Below are positions 11,701 to 25,400 of a stretch of DNA of 64,000 nucleotides, piece by piece (the stretch's first letter is position 1; each line of letters opens with the position of its first letter). The notes below the pieces were generated by a model, which saw only the letters and a list, made by a program, of their open reading frames with translations, searched no databases and was not told the origin of the DNA. The position numbers and the translations under genes are program-made. Origin of the DNA: Setoptus koraiensis (lineage: Eukaryota > Animalia > Arthropoda). The stretch lies in the NCBI GenBank assembly GCA_048013815.1, contig CM106585.1, positions 20,646,001-20,710,000 on the forward strand. Reading direction: 5' to 3'.

Positions 11701-14700
11701 AGAGATTGTGCAGTAAAGAACACAGTACGGATAACGGTTTGTCGGGTAAGCTCGGCGCGTCGCAAGCGAAAACAACCACACAACGCATATACATCTATGT
11801 GTATGGATATACAATATAAATATATGTGTCATTGTTGATTGTTGTTGGCACAACTTGGTCGATCCGCCGCCGCCGCCAATGTTAATGGCAAATTAACCGT
11901 TGGCCGGCCAATTTATAACGCCAATGGTTGTTGTCGGTTGTTGCCGGTTGTTGGCGGTCGTTGGAGGTCGTGGGGCCCGGCGTGCGTGCCAAATAATGCG
12001 CGATGCACATGCGATGTGTCATCAAATGTGTTTGTGTCACACAAATTCAATCACACAGTTAGTATAAGTGTTAGCATAATAACATAATAGCGCCAGCCGA
12101 GAGAGCCACACCGAATAGATTACCAGATTAAGAGGGGGCCAATTATTATTTGAGAGGGGCCATGAATTTGCCAGAGGCGGGCCCCAATTGGGCGCCCTTT
12201 GTTTCTAAGCTGCAAAGTGGCGCCTCTCTGCCTCTCTGGCTCTCCGCCTCTCCAACTGTCTAACCGTTAGCCGTCTAACGAGCTTAACAGCTTGCGAGCC
12301 TCATTAGATAATATGCGCCTGTTTGTGTCGTGCGTGTGCGTGTGTGTGCTGTTAAGAGCGCGGATAATGAGGCCATCATTATCAACAATTGGCCAAATGT
12401 CAGCCTGACTCGGATTGTTTTAGCCGCTGTTAGCCGCTTGTAGCCCGTTCAAGCCACTTTTGGCCAGTCACTAGCGCCCCAATTCAGATAGATATCGGTG
12501 CAAAGCAGTGGTGATAATAGGCACCCATTGCGAAGCAAAATACGCGCCAATTATCCGATCTCACTGATTTGTCATTGTCTGGCTCGGCCGGCGACACTTG
12601 TGTTCGCAAATAGACGCTGTTGGCACTTTTGACTTTTGGCTCGCCAGCTCGCACTGTCAAACGCACTGTTTGGCGGACGGGCCGGACGGGCCGGCCAAAC
12701 GGACGGACGGGCGGCGCAACACGCTAATTTAGCGTCGCCAAATGCGCCAATGTTGCAAACGGATAACCGACAGCTGACCGCTCTGACAGCCCGCCAGCGG
12801 CTCGCTAGCAGTGACTCGCTAGTTTGAGTTGCAAAGCGCGACACTCACATATACAGTGGGCATCGCGCCGACAGACCTGTCGGCGCCCCCGTCGGGCCGG
12901 CGGAGGCGGCCAAGCGGCGCGCATCACATCCAATCAAACGGCCCCTTTGTCGTGGGCGCACGGGCCTGTCGAGCGGGCGGCGCCGTCCCGCGCCAACACA
13001 TAACGGTGCATAAGGACAAAAAGCAATCATTAGCGCTGGTTATCTCATTAATATTCACGCGTGCTCGCCCGATTACATCATAGCGGGCCGGGATTAGCGC
13101 GCCGGGGCGCATAGCAATGAGCGCAACACCCTGGCAGCGTCTTGCCAGCCAGTGCGCCCGGCGCAGTAAGCGCGGCACGCTTAGCTGTGCTAACTGTGCC
13201 GACAGCGACGGCCTGTGCAACTGGCGAATGTCTGCGCCGAATTGCAAGCCCCAATCGCGCCCAAATTTCGAAATCCGGCGCCGTTGTGCATAAATGTGCC
13301 AGATGACTGCACGGCCGGCATGCACTTGTGCGCAGTGAGCGGCAAAATATGCCACCATGGCTGGCGAAATGTCACAAAATGAATGAACGTAACCAAAAAT
13401 CAACCGCTAGTGGGTGCCGCCGACTAATAGGCGCGCGGTCTAGCCGACGCTCACACAGCCGGCCGGCCCGCACTCGATCGGCAGGCCCGCACTTGATCGG
13501 CCGGGCCGCACTCGATTGGTCGGGCCGGCGGTGGATCGGGCACATCGGGCTGCTGCGGCTCGCACGCATTAGTGAGCGGCTTTTTGCGGTTTCGCACCGG
13601 GCACGGGTCGGTGTGCGGGGCGCGATGCGGAGCACCCGGCCAAATGACTGCAAGTATCGCAAGTGAGACGAGTATCGCGACAGTATCCGCTGCCGGGTGC
13701 GCGCTCGGGCGCTCCGGTGCCCGCACCGGCCAAATTGATAGCTGGCGGACAGGCGGCCGTCGGTCGGTGGCTGCGTCGGGCGGCGGTGCCCGCAGAGGGG
13801 TGCTTATTTACGCTCGAGCGGGCTCTTTGTAGACAGCGGCGTGCGAGTTGTCAACGTTTGCAGCGCATGAATGCAGTTCCTATCTGCACTACATGTAACT
13901 ACTGTAGCATACACACACACGAGCCGATAAGACGACTCTGGCGCCATTTTAAAGCCCCCGCAGCGGGGCCCGGCCCGAATTAGGGCCCCTCTGCAGTGAG
14001 TGTGCGGTGGCGGGCTTGCGTCGGGTCTGGCGAGCGGCAATTGTTATTATAAATTGCGGCGCGTAATGCTGACTGGCGAGACAAAACTCGCTGGTGCAAG
14101 TGGCGCAAATGGAAATGGCGTGGCGCGACTCGCGCGGCTAAAAATGGCAGCCAGTGGATGACGCTAAGTAAACTGGATCAGTCGCCGTCGCTTGCTTGTT
14201 GTGGGGCGCCCAGTATTAACTGGGCTGCCGGCGGATCAGCGGACTGGCTAGTCGGCGGACTGGCTTGTCGGCGGATCGGCGGACTGGCGGGTCGGCGGAT
14301 CGGCGGACTGGCGGGTCGGCGGATATCTCGGCCGACGCACCGAGGGATGTGCAGCGCGGGAAATGTGCAGAGATAGCGGCGCGCGGATACCCGGCAGCGG
14401 CGCATAAAAATAACTGGCTGGCAGCGTAATAAGTGGGGGCCTCTCATCAGGTGCACACATGAATGGGTCGGCGCAGTGTGCGGCGCAGACGTATGCAGAT
14501 TATGATTATTGGCGCCAGTGAGCCGTGATGGTGCTGGCACGGCGCGCACAGTCACTGCACAGCCAGTGGGCCAGTCGATGTAGACGGCTTGATATCGGGC
14601 TTGCCATTTCGCCCAGATCACCTACATCATTTACATGCGCGCGCGAGCATCACGCGCCACTTGCATGATTGTGCGAAAAAATAAACATAAAGTAAAACGC

Positions 14701-17700
14701 GCTCGCCTAATGGCCCAACTGTGCCCGCTCGGCGCTGGCCAGGCGCCTCCTCCGATGGGGCCCAATCGGGGCCTCCGAATCGGGCCAACGATCGAGCGAG
14801 CCAGCGGCCCCATCGAGCTCGGCAGACTGGATTATATATGGCGAGTGGATGCGATCCGACACGAGTGATATCCACTCGGCAAATTGCAATTGTTACTGGC
14901 TGGCAGTTTGCGCTCGCTCGCTGGCAAACTGGAAAGTTGCAACTTGCAACAGCAGTCTTGACCACGAGTGGCGCTTGCATCGCAAACAATTTGATTATTT
15001 CGTCTTGTCTTCGCTGTTGTTCACAACTGGCTGTTTTGCATGCCGCGAATTTGCATTTGCAGCCGCCATTTACATTTGCCAGCCACGAGCAATCATCATG
15101 CCTAATGCGCACCAACAGCGCCCGCCGGAGTTACACGTGTAAGCCAAGGCAAGCGAGCCAAAAATCGACAATCCATCAATTATCCAAACTAATGGTTTTG
15201 TTGTTTGCGCGCCACCGAGCCACCTAGCTCGCTCCCTTCTCGCTCCCTTCTCGCTCCCTTTTCCGTCTCACTCGTCCGCTCCCTTTTCGCTCCGTCTCAC
15301 TCGGCCGCTCCGTCCCGCCGTCCGCTCGGATCGGCCCGTCCGCTCAGCTCGACCCGCGCGACCCGTGCCACTTGAGCGACCCGTGCCACCGAACAAACTG
15401 TCTGGTCGCCAATTTCGCCTGTCGTGCCGTCAATGGCCTGTTGCCAGCGACCGACAAACGACCGCGAGTGAAATTCGTCGTCAGCACCATTGGCCACACG
15501 TGCTGGCCCCCGTGTCACCTGAGTGGCCCCCGCAAAACGGCAATTTCGATAAGTGAACGCACCAGCGAATGGGCGATGCTGAGCGGGACAAACCGGCCCG
15601 TTTGTGCGAGTGGCCGCGTTCGAGGCGCCGGTGCCAGTTGCCAATGGCGAATCGGCGATCGGCAATTGGCAGCGGGCGGCGGGCGGCGAGCGGCGAGCGG
15701 CGAGCGCAACAAACAAAAGATAATTATCTGCGCTCGAATATCATGTCGGCGATCAGTTGCGGGCCGATTGTATCCGTGCCATTCATTCAGTGGGTACATA
15801 GAGCGAAACATAGCGACTGATTGCCTTGGCCGTGTCATCGGTCGGTATGTCGCGAGTGGCGACACTTGCAGCGGCGCAACATCCCGTGTTGGCCCACTTG
15901 ACACCTATGAGCAAATATTTACTCTTGGCCCCACTTGGCCCCACGTGGTCCCGTGCTCTCGCTTGTCGCGCACACACCGAGCGATTGGATGAGATATGCT
16001 GCGCGATTGGGTGCGATACCTGCGCGACCAAGGGCAGATTGGTGCGCATGGATCTTATTGAAAAATCCCACTGGATCTCACTGAAAAGTCCCAATGCGCC
16101 ACTGTGATGATATTTCGGGGAGGGGGCGATATTTTCGCAGGCCGTTATATCGCGATGTATTGGCCAACAAGTTAGCTTGCACAGCTCACCGGCACACTGG
16201 GGCTCACATCGGCTCACATCGGCTGGCACATCGCAGCGAGGCCCCGGATAAAAGGTGAGCCGAGCGAGGGATCAAGTGGGCTCAAGTGGGGCCCTCGCAC
16301 AGGTGACTCGGTTTGTTTACTAACGGTCGGTGTGCCGTTCGCTCGTTTGCTATTGTGCGGGGGCGCCATTTGCGGGCCGTATTAAGCCAGCGCTGAGCCG
16401 CTTGCAGCGCCCCGGTGGCTGATACGTCGCTGATAGCACACGCCACTGGGGCCCGCAGTGTCGCCGTTAATGGGTATTAACCATGCTTATCCAGCCACAT
16501 AGATATGCCATATATTATTATTATATATTATCTGGGCCGGCCAGCTAACGCTGCACAAGCGACCGTTAGTATACCGTTAGTATAGTATAGTAACGCTGGC
16601 GCGACGGCAATTGGGGGCGACGTATTAAAGTTGCCAATATACGCCAGTTGTAAGTGATATGGCCAAGTGATGGCTCGACGTCGCTGTTGCTGGCAGCCTG
16701 TGAGTCAGAGAGCCTCGCGAGCCTCGCTTAAACGGGCCCACAATGGCTCGGTATAAATGACCTGGGCCTCATTAAGCGCTGAGCTTGGCGCGCACTTTCA
16801 ATTGGGCCGAGGCGTCTCGAAAGAGATTCGCCCCAAAAGAGATTGTCATTTGTCGGCGAGCAAACAGTATAGCGCGCCGTGTTTGCACGGCGTGTATACT
16901 GTCACAATGATATTGTCACAACGATACACAGTCGATATATTGCAACAATAATAATCTCGCACGTCCCACCGACCAACGCATCGGGGCCCCATACACGGCA
17001 TAATATACCGCCGGTATCACATACCGGGTATATGTGACACCGCCGGTGTGTATGCCGGTATATAGCAGTGTTTATGGCAGATATTGCCGAGTCGTGTTGC
17101 ATCTCGTGCTCGGGATGCACGCTTGCACCCGGGCGTATCTCGGCGTATTCGAGGTATTCGAGGGGCCCGCCATTCAGGCCGGCCAAATCTGGCTGTGGCG
17201 CGTGCTGGCCGGATATTTGCAAACAAACACTGCCACTGTAACAAACAGCCAACTGCACTAATACTATAACCTATCCACCCGCCGGCCCGCGAAATGGATG
17301 GGCCGACAAACAAAAGACAAACTAGAGCCGACTGGCGCCACCAGAGAGTGTAACCACTCTCATTACTTCACATCCATCAGATACGACTCATTGGGTGCCA
17401 GTCGAAGCGCGCCATTTGTTGTTGTCGCCCCCGCCGGCCGGTGGGGGCGCATCCGTTAACCTAAACACGGGCGGCGGCTGCCCGATGCCCGATCCGTCAG
17501 CGGCAGCCGCCGCAGTGGAGCGACATCGAGCAGCGTCCGGTTTGGGGCCGGTCGCCAGCATGGCTGGCAGCGGGCCCCATTTGAGGTCGCATCACGTCAG
17601 CTGGCCGTCACCGGCTCGACCCTGAGCGGATGGCGCAAATCGACCGGAAGCGGCGCCCCGTGTTGATTGATTCACCTGTTGTGGATGTTGCTGTTGTTGT

Positions 17701-17997
17701 CGTTGCTGCTGTTGTTGTCGTTGCTGTTGTCGGCTCACAGCGGCACGGCCTGTCACCCGCGCACAGGAAGTGCATCATTGCACAGCAACTCGGCACCCTG
17801 TCGATTGTGTCAGGCGGGCCCCATTCTAATTTGCACACACTAGACACACCGATATGTGACACAGCGGCCGGCTTTAGACAGATTGCAGATTGCGTAATCA
17901 ACGTGGCGCACAATTCAATTGATGCCGGCGACTGCTGCACAATCTCGCAACCGCACCGCGCTTGTCAGCTCAATTTGGCCAGCTCAATCTGCTCAGC

Positions 17998-18041
17998 TAA
18001 CTTCAGGTAACTTCAGGTAACTTCAGGTAACTTCAGGTAAC
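17998..18041. repeat. (CTTCAGGTAA)4 perfect 10-mer tandem repeat
   Basis: Four exact units at 18001-18040. Confidence 0.9.
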
Positions 18042-21000
18042 TGTATTCTGGCGAGCTGCTCACTCCGCCGGGCGCAGTTACTCAGCAGTGACTCGCCAGC
18101 AGTGACTCGGCGGCAGTGACTCGCCAGCAGTGACTCGCCAGCAGTGAGCGAATGACGTAACAGTCAACTCATCAGACGACACCACACTCACCTGAGCTGA
18201 GGTCATTGTGCGTCATCATTCTTTTTTTCCGGCGGCTCAATGTTGTCAACTCGCCGGGCCGCTGTTGCCGGCGACGTGTCCCCCCGAATTGACGTGCCCA
18301 CACTCACTCAGTCGCTTGCACTCGCTGGCTTGACGTGAGTGAGTCACGACATCGACAAATTAATGGGGCCCCTCGTTCGCACTCGAGCTGCAGTCATGCA
18401 CAAATTATCGCTCGTAGCACTCTAACACTCTGCTGCTACACGAGCGATGTCACCGTGTATCGGCTGATACGCGCTGCACAACACGGTGCGCTCGACACGC
18501 TCGTGACGCGTCGGCCAGCCACATGCAACCGTCTTAAATTGATTTATTCTGATTTTGAGCACGCGCCGGGCCCCATTTGCATGGGTGCCAGTTTGCGGGG
18601 CCCCATTTGCGTTGGCGCCAGTTTGTGGGGCCCCGTTTGCGTTGGTTTGAGCGGCCCCAAGCTCGCCATCATGCACTAAACGCGCACATAAAAATTATCA
18701 TTGATGGCAGCCACTTTTGCTGGCTGGCTTAACACATTTTACCTGGCGAAATGGATTCACTATTTCGCCCACACTGTCGTTAGCCACAACGAGCTTAAAA
18801 TTGCCGCTGGGCTGCGGCGTGGGCCCCACCGGTAATTTTAAATCTTGTCACTGGCTCGCTTGTGTGCTGGCGCCCCCTTGTGTGCATATCATCGAGTCGT
18901 CGTTTGCAATCGTCGTTTGTGTCGTGTATCCTGTGTCGTGTGCGCCCATTTGGCCGCACCGGCCGCCTCTATACTTTACAACTTTATACTTTACAACTTT
19001 ATACTATAGACTTATAGTATACAGTATAAGTTATAGCGATTTTTAGTGTAGTTGCCGCTCGGCCCAATGGCCCAAAAATGGGGCCCCGGCGAGCTGGCTG
19101 CCAGCTAACTTGGCCGGGATAAGTGTGTGCGTGCAAACAATTTTTTTAATGCGCCGCCAATGGTTACCAATGGGCCTCGCGCATCAGTTATCGCGAGGCC
19201 CGTTTGTCCCGTTTGCCGTTTGCAGTGCTCATAGAGTGTGCGAAATCTCATTGACACACATGATTTACATGTCCGTCACTTTTGATATACTTTTGATATG
19301 TAACTGTTGTAAAAGCCGGGGCCCCATTTTTGGGCCGAGCCGGCTTTTTTGCTGGCCCGGCCGCTGGCCAGATGGGGCCCCGAGTTGGCTGTTTGTCGTA
19401 TTGCTATTTATAGCATGTATTTATTGTGTGTGTGTGTGTGTCGTCGCAGGGCATATATATTGGCGACACGAACGTTAATTTATTTGCGCAACGGGCACGT
19501 ATTGGCGCAATATTTGCCGTTGCGAGTCGCCACTGTCAACAAAGGCCCACACAATGCCCATTATCCGTGGGGCCCATTATCGTGCGTCGGCGTTGGCGGC
19601 TTGTCGTTGTCGGCGCGTAGCTCGTGACAACAACATAATACACACTGGCATTCATAATAATATATTATTGTATCTGGTCTTGGTGGCGCTGGCCGTTATG
19701 TTGGTTGGTTGGTTGTTGGTGCGCTGTTGTCGCGCAGTGTCGACTTGCAGATGACAGCAGTTGATATCGCAAGATATGCGACCACTGGCGCCAGTTGGCA
19801 TCCAGTTGGCATCCAGTTGGCATCCAGTTGGCAAGCAAAAGCAGATGAGGCGCGAGATTGGCCCGCCAAATTGATGTGTCGCCCCTTTGATACATTTGTT
19901 TCCACATTAGATTTTCCATTCGGCGCCGGCTCGATTTCATTTCCATTTTGTTTGGGGCCCCAAACTGCAGCAGTTTGGCCTGCCATTTCAACAGCTCTTA
20001 GCGTTCGTTGAGCGTTGAACGTTGAGCGGCGGCCTCCAGCAAGCGCGCATTTCAAGCCCCGCTGCCGGATAAATGGAAATCGGCGCTTAAATGAGCCAGG
20101 CGACACATCGGCGCTACATGGTGCGCGCACAAACAAACAGATAAACATCTCGCACTAAATCTTATCTGGGCCCCATCGCGCGTTGCTGGCGCGAGTTCGC
20201 TGCGTCGGAGGCGCGAGTTGCCCGACGAGTCGCTCGGGCCCGGCTCGCCCTCGATCGACAACAACACGGCTGGCGAGCGCCGAAAGGGTATTATGAAAAA
20301 TCACAGATAGTCGCCCGGCGCGCGCCCACCGTCGAGCGACCCCGGCACCGACCGTCGAGCACCCGAGCACCGACCGTCGAGCGACCCCGGCACCGACCGC
20401 CGAGCGACCCCGGCACCGACCGCCGAGCACCCGACCGGCCGACCGCCGACGACCGCCAACAAGCGCCGACAGGCTCGCACGGGCCCGCGCTCTCAGAACT
20501 TTTATAAACGTCGCGATTAATAGTTGGCGTTCGCTCACGGTGCCCGCTATGTGTAATTTATGACTGCCACCATTATGTATTTATAGAGCTGCCATGGCTC
20601 GCGCGTCGTCGGCTGGCCGGCCGCTGGCCGGCAACTAATGCACGCCAGGCGAGATGGACACGACGGGCCCCAGCGGCGCATAATACATTTTTTGATTTGC
20701 CAGTGTTTTGTGTCGCTCGATACTCGGGCCGCTTCGGGCCCCAATATCGGCTAGACGCTGCCCTGTGTTTGTGCGCCCTCTGCCTGGCCGGCAACTGCAC
20801 TTCTGAAACATGGACTGCCCATGGCCGGGCCATAACTGGGCCGCGGAGAGCGGGCCCCCGCAACGCACTGCGCGGGCCGAGTTGTAAATAATTTATAATT
20901 CGCCTATTTTCGGTAGGCTCACGCAATATCCTTAGACGTCTCAGTGTGAGATTCTCAGACGAAACAGAAGCGGCAGCTGTTGTGCACACTGCGCGGCTCT

Positions 21001-22339
21001 CTCGGCGGCAATGGCCGCAATCGCGCCGCCGGTCGCATCGTTTCGGGCCCCAATGCCCCCACAGCCCGATACCAAAAGTACCCCGACCAACCGAGCGCGG
21101 CTGGCGTAGCGTGCTTTCAATGGACGCACCCAGGCTTGGTGGCAAATGAATAGCTGGATATGGTTTGGTGAATGAATTGCCAAAATGGCAATTCATTCAC
21201 CAAATTCAGCAAATTTGCCGCATTTGCTCGCGGGCCGACAACACCGACAGCGGCAAATGGATGCGGCGCGGATGCAACGCGGGTAAAGTGTGGAATGGGG
21301 CCCGTCCGCGTGCGTGTGTCGCGCGAACGCGATGACAAATGAATGAATTTGGCCTCGCGTCGTGTAGCGCAATTATTCATACCGCAATTGGCGCATCGCA
21401 AGTGTCCCGTTGGCTGCAAAATGGGCCAGATTGCGCCAGCTACAACGGGCCTCATATTGCGCCCCTATTGGCTTATTACTCAAACGTATTAGCCTGACTG
21501 GTGGTATCTTTCGAACAGATATCGCAATCATGACATTATATTGTCCACTAATTTGGCCTGATAAATGGGCGCCCATTTTTCCCGATTTTCTCATTTTTCA
21601 TTGCTGCATGGCACCCGTGTAAATAGTGAATGGCAAGCAAAAATAGCTGCAAATAGTGGCCCAGTCAATGGGCCCCAGTTAGTGGGCACACTGTGCACAC
21701 TGTGCACAGACCAACAATCTCCTGGCAAGAAATGAATTGAACTGAGCAATGTGTGCGCGCTTGTGGGGCCCACAACCATTGTTGTCACGAAAATGTTGTG
21801 TCGTCTTTATCCGTCTTGGCGCCAGGCCGAAGTTTAGCCTGGCCGAGCCAATAATGGTGGGCCAATATAAAAGCGCACGGTTCGCTATTATGATGCGGGT
21901 GGCATTGTTGTTGTTGGCGTGCTTGCGTCAGAGATATTGAGCCGGAGCTTGACAGATACTGACAGATATCTCTCAATGGACACTGTCTGACAGTGGCTGT
22001 CAGTCTGACAGTGTCAGAGCCGTTCAAAAATGGATCGCATCATTTCGAGTTGCTGTTGCCATTTGTGCAAGTTTGAGCCAATTGCAATTGTGTCACTGAC
22101 CAGTGGCCAACTGGCCAGTTCGCGTTTCAGTTGCCGTTTCAATTGACGATCTGCCCTGCAGACCAACTGCAACCCTAATTGCAAAACCCTAATTGTTGGC
22201 AATTAGGCTCAGCGCACTTACGGGGCATTTGTCGCTGTCGATAGTTTTAGTTTTGGTTGTTTGTATCGGCCGATATATAAACTGATCGCTGATACAACTC
22301 GTATAACGCGTTTTAAAGCACGAGAGCACTGAGGCCATT

Positions 22340-22430
22340 TTATCATATTTGTGCCACGGATATTTGGGTATCATATATTTGGGTGCCGCATATTTGGGTA
22401 TCATGTATTTGGGTGCTGCATATTTGGGTA
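22340..22430. repeat. TATTTGGGT-containing tandem cluster (also at ~42045-42120)
   Basis: Five to six TATTTG(G/T)G units at near-regular spacing, present in both duplicate copies. Confidence 0.75.
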
Positions 22431-25400
22431 GGCAGCGGATAAAAGTCAGGCATCATTTCGGTTTTAGTTATTTATCCCGCGCTCTAGCGCCGGCGATCGT
22501 GAATTGATGATTGTGGCCGCCATGGCGAGCTCGCTCACTGCAGTGTTGTCGTGTTGTTGTTGTTGTTGCTGCTGGTGCCCACTGTGAAACAAAACTCCAA
22601 TTGTGCCGCAACAACATTAGCGATCATCATTACTGACTCACTACAACCAGAAAGAAAGCGATAGCGCTCACCATTACGACACACTTATCCCCGCTGGCCC
22701 CACTGGCCTCGCTGGCCTCGTTCTTGTTGTTGGCGAGTCGCCACTGGCGAGCCAAACAACAAGAACTTCTCGAGCTTGAGTTGCAAGTTGCGATTGTTAA
22801 TAGGGTGCCAAATAATCGATTACTTTCCTGTTGCGCCCCACAAAATCATTAACAGAAAATGTGCAATGTTTGACGTAGTGCAAAACCCGTACACACTGCA
22901 CCGGCGCAACCACGGGCGCCTCTACAGCTACCCGCCGACAACCGCTACCCGCCGACAACCGCTACCCACTGATGACCGCTACCCAGCGATAACCGCTGAC
23001 CGGCGGGTTATCGATCATCGGTGCCCACTTCATCAATTGTGGCCTTACCACTGCCAAGTTAGCACAATTGTGGCACCTACGGCCAGCGGGCCGCTTGTAT
23101 CGAGTTGCAAAATGCGCGTGTCAATTGGTACGATTGTGACCCGCTCAATGGAACTGACCAATTGAACTCGGTCACTTTAATTGTTCAACAGATGACCGAC
23201 ACATTCATTGAATGTGTCCACAAGTTCACCAGTGAATAACGCTGACTGGTCAATTCGACACCATAATCATCAATTGCATGATTATCGGGTTATCGGGTTG
23301 TTCGGTTATTCGGTTATTCGGAGGCCCCTGATTAAGTGCTAGTGTCGCTGAAACATTGAACGGCTCAGTGGCCACTGGTTATTATTGTGCCAGCGGTATT
23401 ATGGGCGAAATACTTGCCAAAATGAGCATGATTGATGGGCGCCAAGCAGCGAAATTCGAGTTTGCCAGCGCCACACTGGCCATCATCAGACGGCGGCCCC
23501 ATTATCATCATCACAGTCATCATTTATATTGATTATGAGAGGCGGCAGGATTTATATTGATTATTGTGGCGAGCGGGCCCCCATTAATGGATATGCGACT
23601 GTAACGGATCTGGCGAGCGGCGACAAGCAGTCCAATACATCCCACGCTAATTATATGTACGCTTATATGCGCTCGCATACAAATATTATTATTCTTATTG
23701 CTTTATTATTTTGATATCGCTTTGCGTTGTTTACAGCCTGGCTGTCGGCTGGCCAACAATTTCGCCAGGGGAAATCGTTTGGCCCGAAATGGCGCCGGCT
23801 CGGCTGGCAAGTTGGCCAACGAGAACGGTTTCCAATGTGCGCCGGCTGGTTTTGCGCTCGATCCGCTCGCGAGCCTCACAGGCAGCCATCGCCGGGCCGA
23901 CAGTGGGGCGCGAAAGTGTTTATATCTGCGTCTGGTGTTTTCATTAAAGAGGCTGCTCGTCACTGATATTGGTTTGAGTTTTGTCTGAGCAACTTTTAAC
24001 AGTTGTCTGGCAGTTGGAGCGCAGGTTTGCAGTCGGAATGGGGCGCCGCAGAGCGCCCAGTTAGACAATAGACGAGACGAGAATCGGCAAAAGAAGAGGC
24101 CAGCAACATTCTTGCGAGAAACCAGAGAAGCCGAGGAATCCAGAGAGCAGAGAGAGAGAGAGAAAAAAAAAGTGACGCCGTTTAAATAGACTGACATGAT
24201 TGATGATCTCTTGGCCTGTCTACATATTATTATATCACTCTCTTATCATTCTTTCTTATTTCTGCTCGCGCCCCGCTTTTGGCCGTTGTTTTTCACAGTT
24301 GTACGGCGAGTTATACGGCGAGTTATACAGAAGTCTGACTTGCTTATCACTCGCCAATCTGACTGGCGGCGGCTCGAGTTTCCAATCTCGCGCTCCTCAA
24401 CACAACAACAACAACAACAACTACGGCAACAACAGCAACAACAACGGCAGTAACAGCAACAGCGGCACCAGCAACAACAACAGCAGCAACAACAACAGAA
24501 ACAACAACAGCACACACGACAACACATGCAGACGCGCGCGGGGGCGCAATGGGGCCCAGCTTGACGAGGCGATAAATTCGAGAGTGACTTGGCGCTTTTC
24601 ATCTATCTCACTTTGGTGCTCGTCTCACGAGATGATGCAATAGCGCGAGCTATGCGATGCCAAGCGAGATGCCAGCACACACACAGAGAGAGAGAGAGGG
24701 AGTTGGCATTTTTTGTGTGGGACGCGTTGGGGCCCGGCATCGCGGGGCCCCAACGCAAACATTGGCAGCCATGGGGGAGTGCAGCCGTTCGGAATGATGC
24801 ACAAGTTAGGCGGCCTAACAGTTTGCCGGCTCACTGCTGGCCTCGGTGTTTGGTGGCCGGTGGCTAGCGAAAGAGCGAAACAGTTACAAAGCTCACGATA
24901 GGCGCCTGTTAGATGGTCGTGCCGGCATTGTGGGGCCCTCGCTGGGGCCCGTCGAATGCAAACACAATGCAGACAGAATTGATTATGTCGCGACTGGCCG
25001 CCCGTTGGAGTCCCGTTACAGGGCCCCTGTAACAGGGGCCATCTTGTCTTACGGGTGCGTGTGTGTCACTTGTCCGGCTGGCGCTCGTCCCGTGTCGAGT
25101 GTCGGCCGCCGTCGCGCAGCAGACAAATAAGAATAGCAGCATAATAATATAATAATAATCATTGCCGAGGTCACCTGGCTGCGCCTCCCACTGGCCCCAC
25201 TGGCCTCGCTGGCCCCGCTGGCCCCACTGGTCAGTGTGTGTGCTCGTCACAACGCTAGGCGCCAGGTGACATGTCGCCAGAAATGCATTAACATCACACG
25301 TGTACATGAATGGGGGGCCTCGCTGGCGGATCTGACCAGTTGTTTCAGTTGTTTGTTTGTTTGTTTGTTTTTGCAATGTTGTCGCATTTGGGCGACAGCC

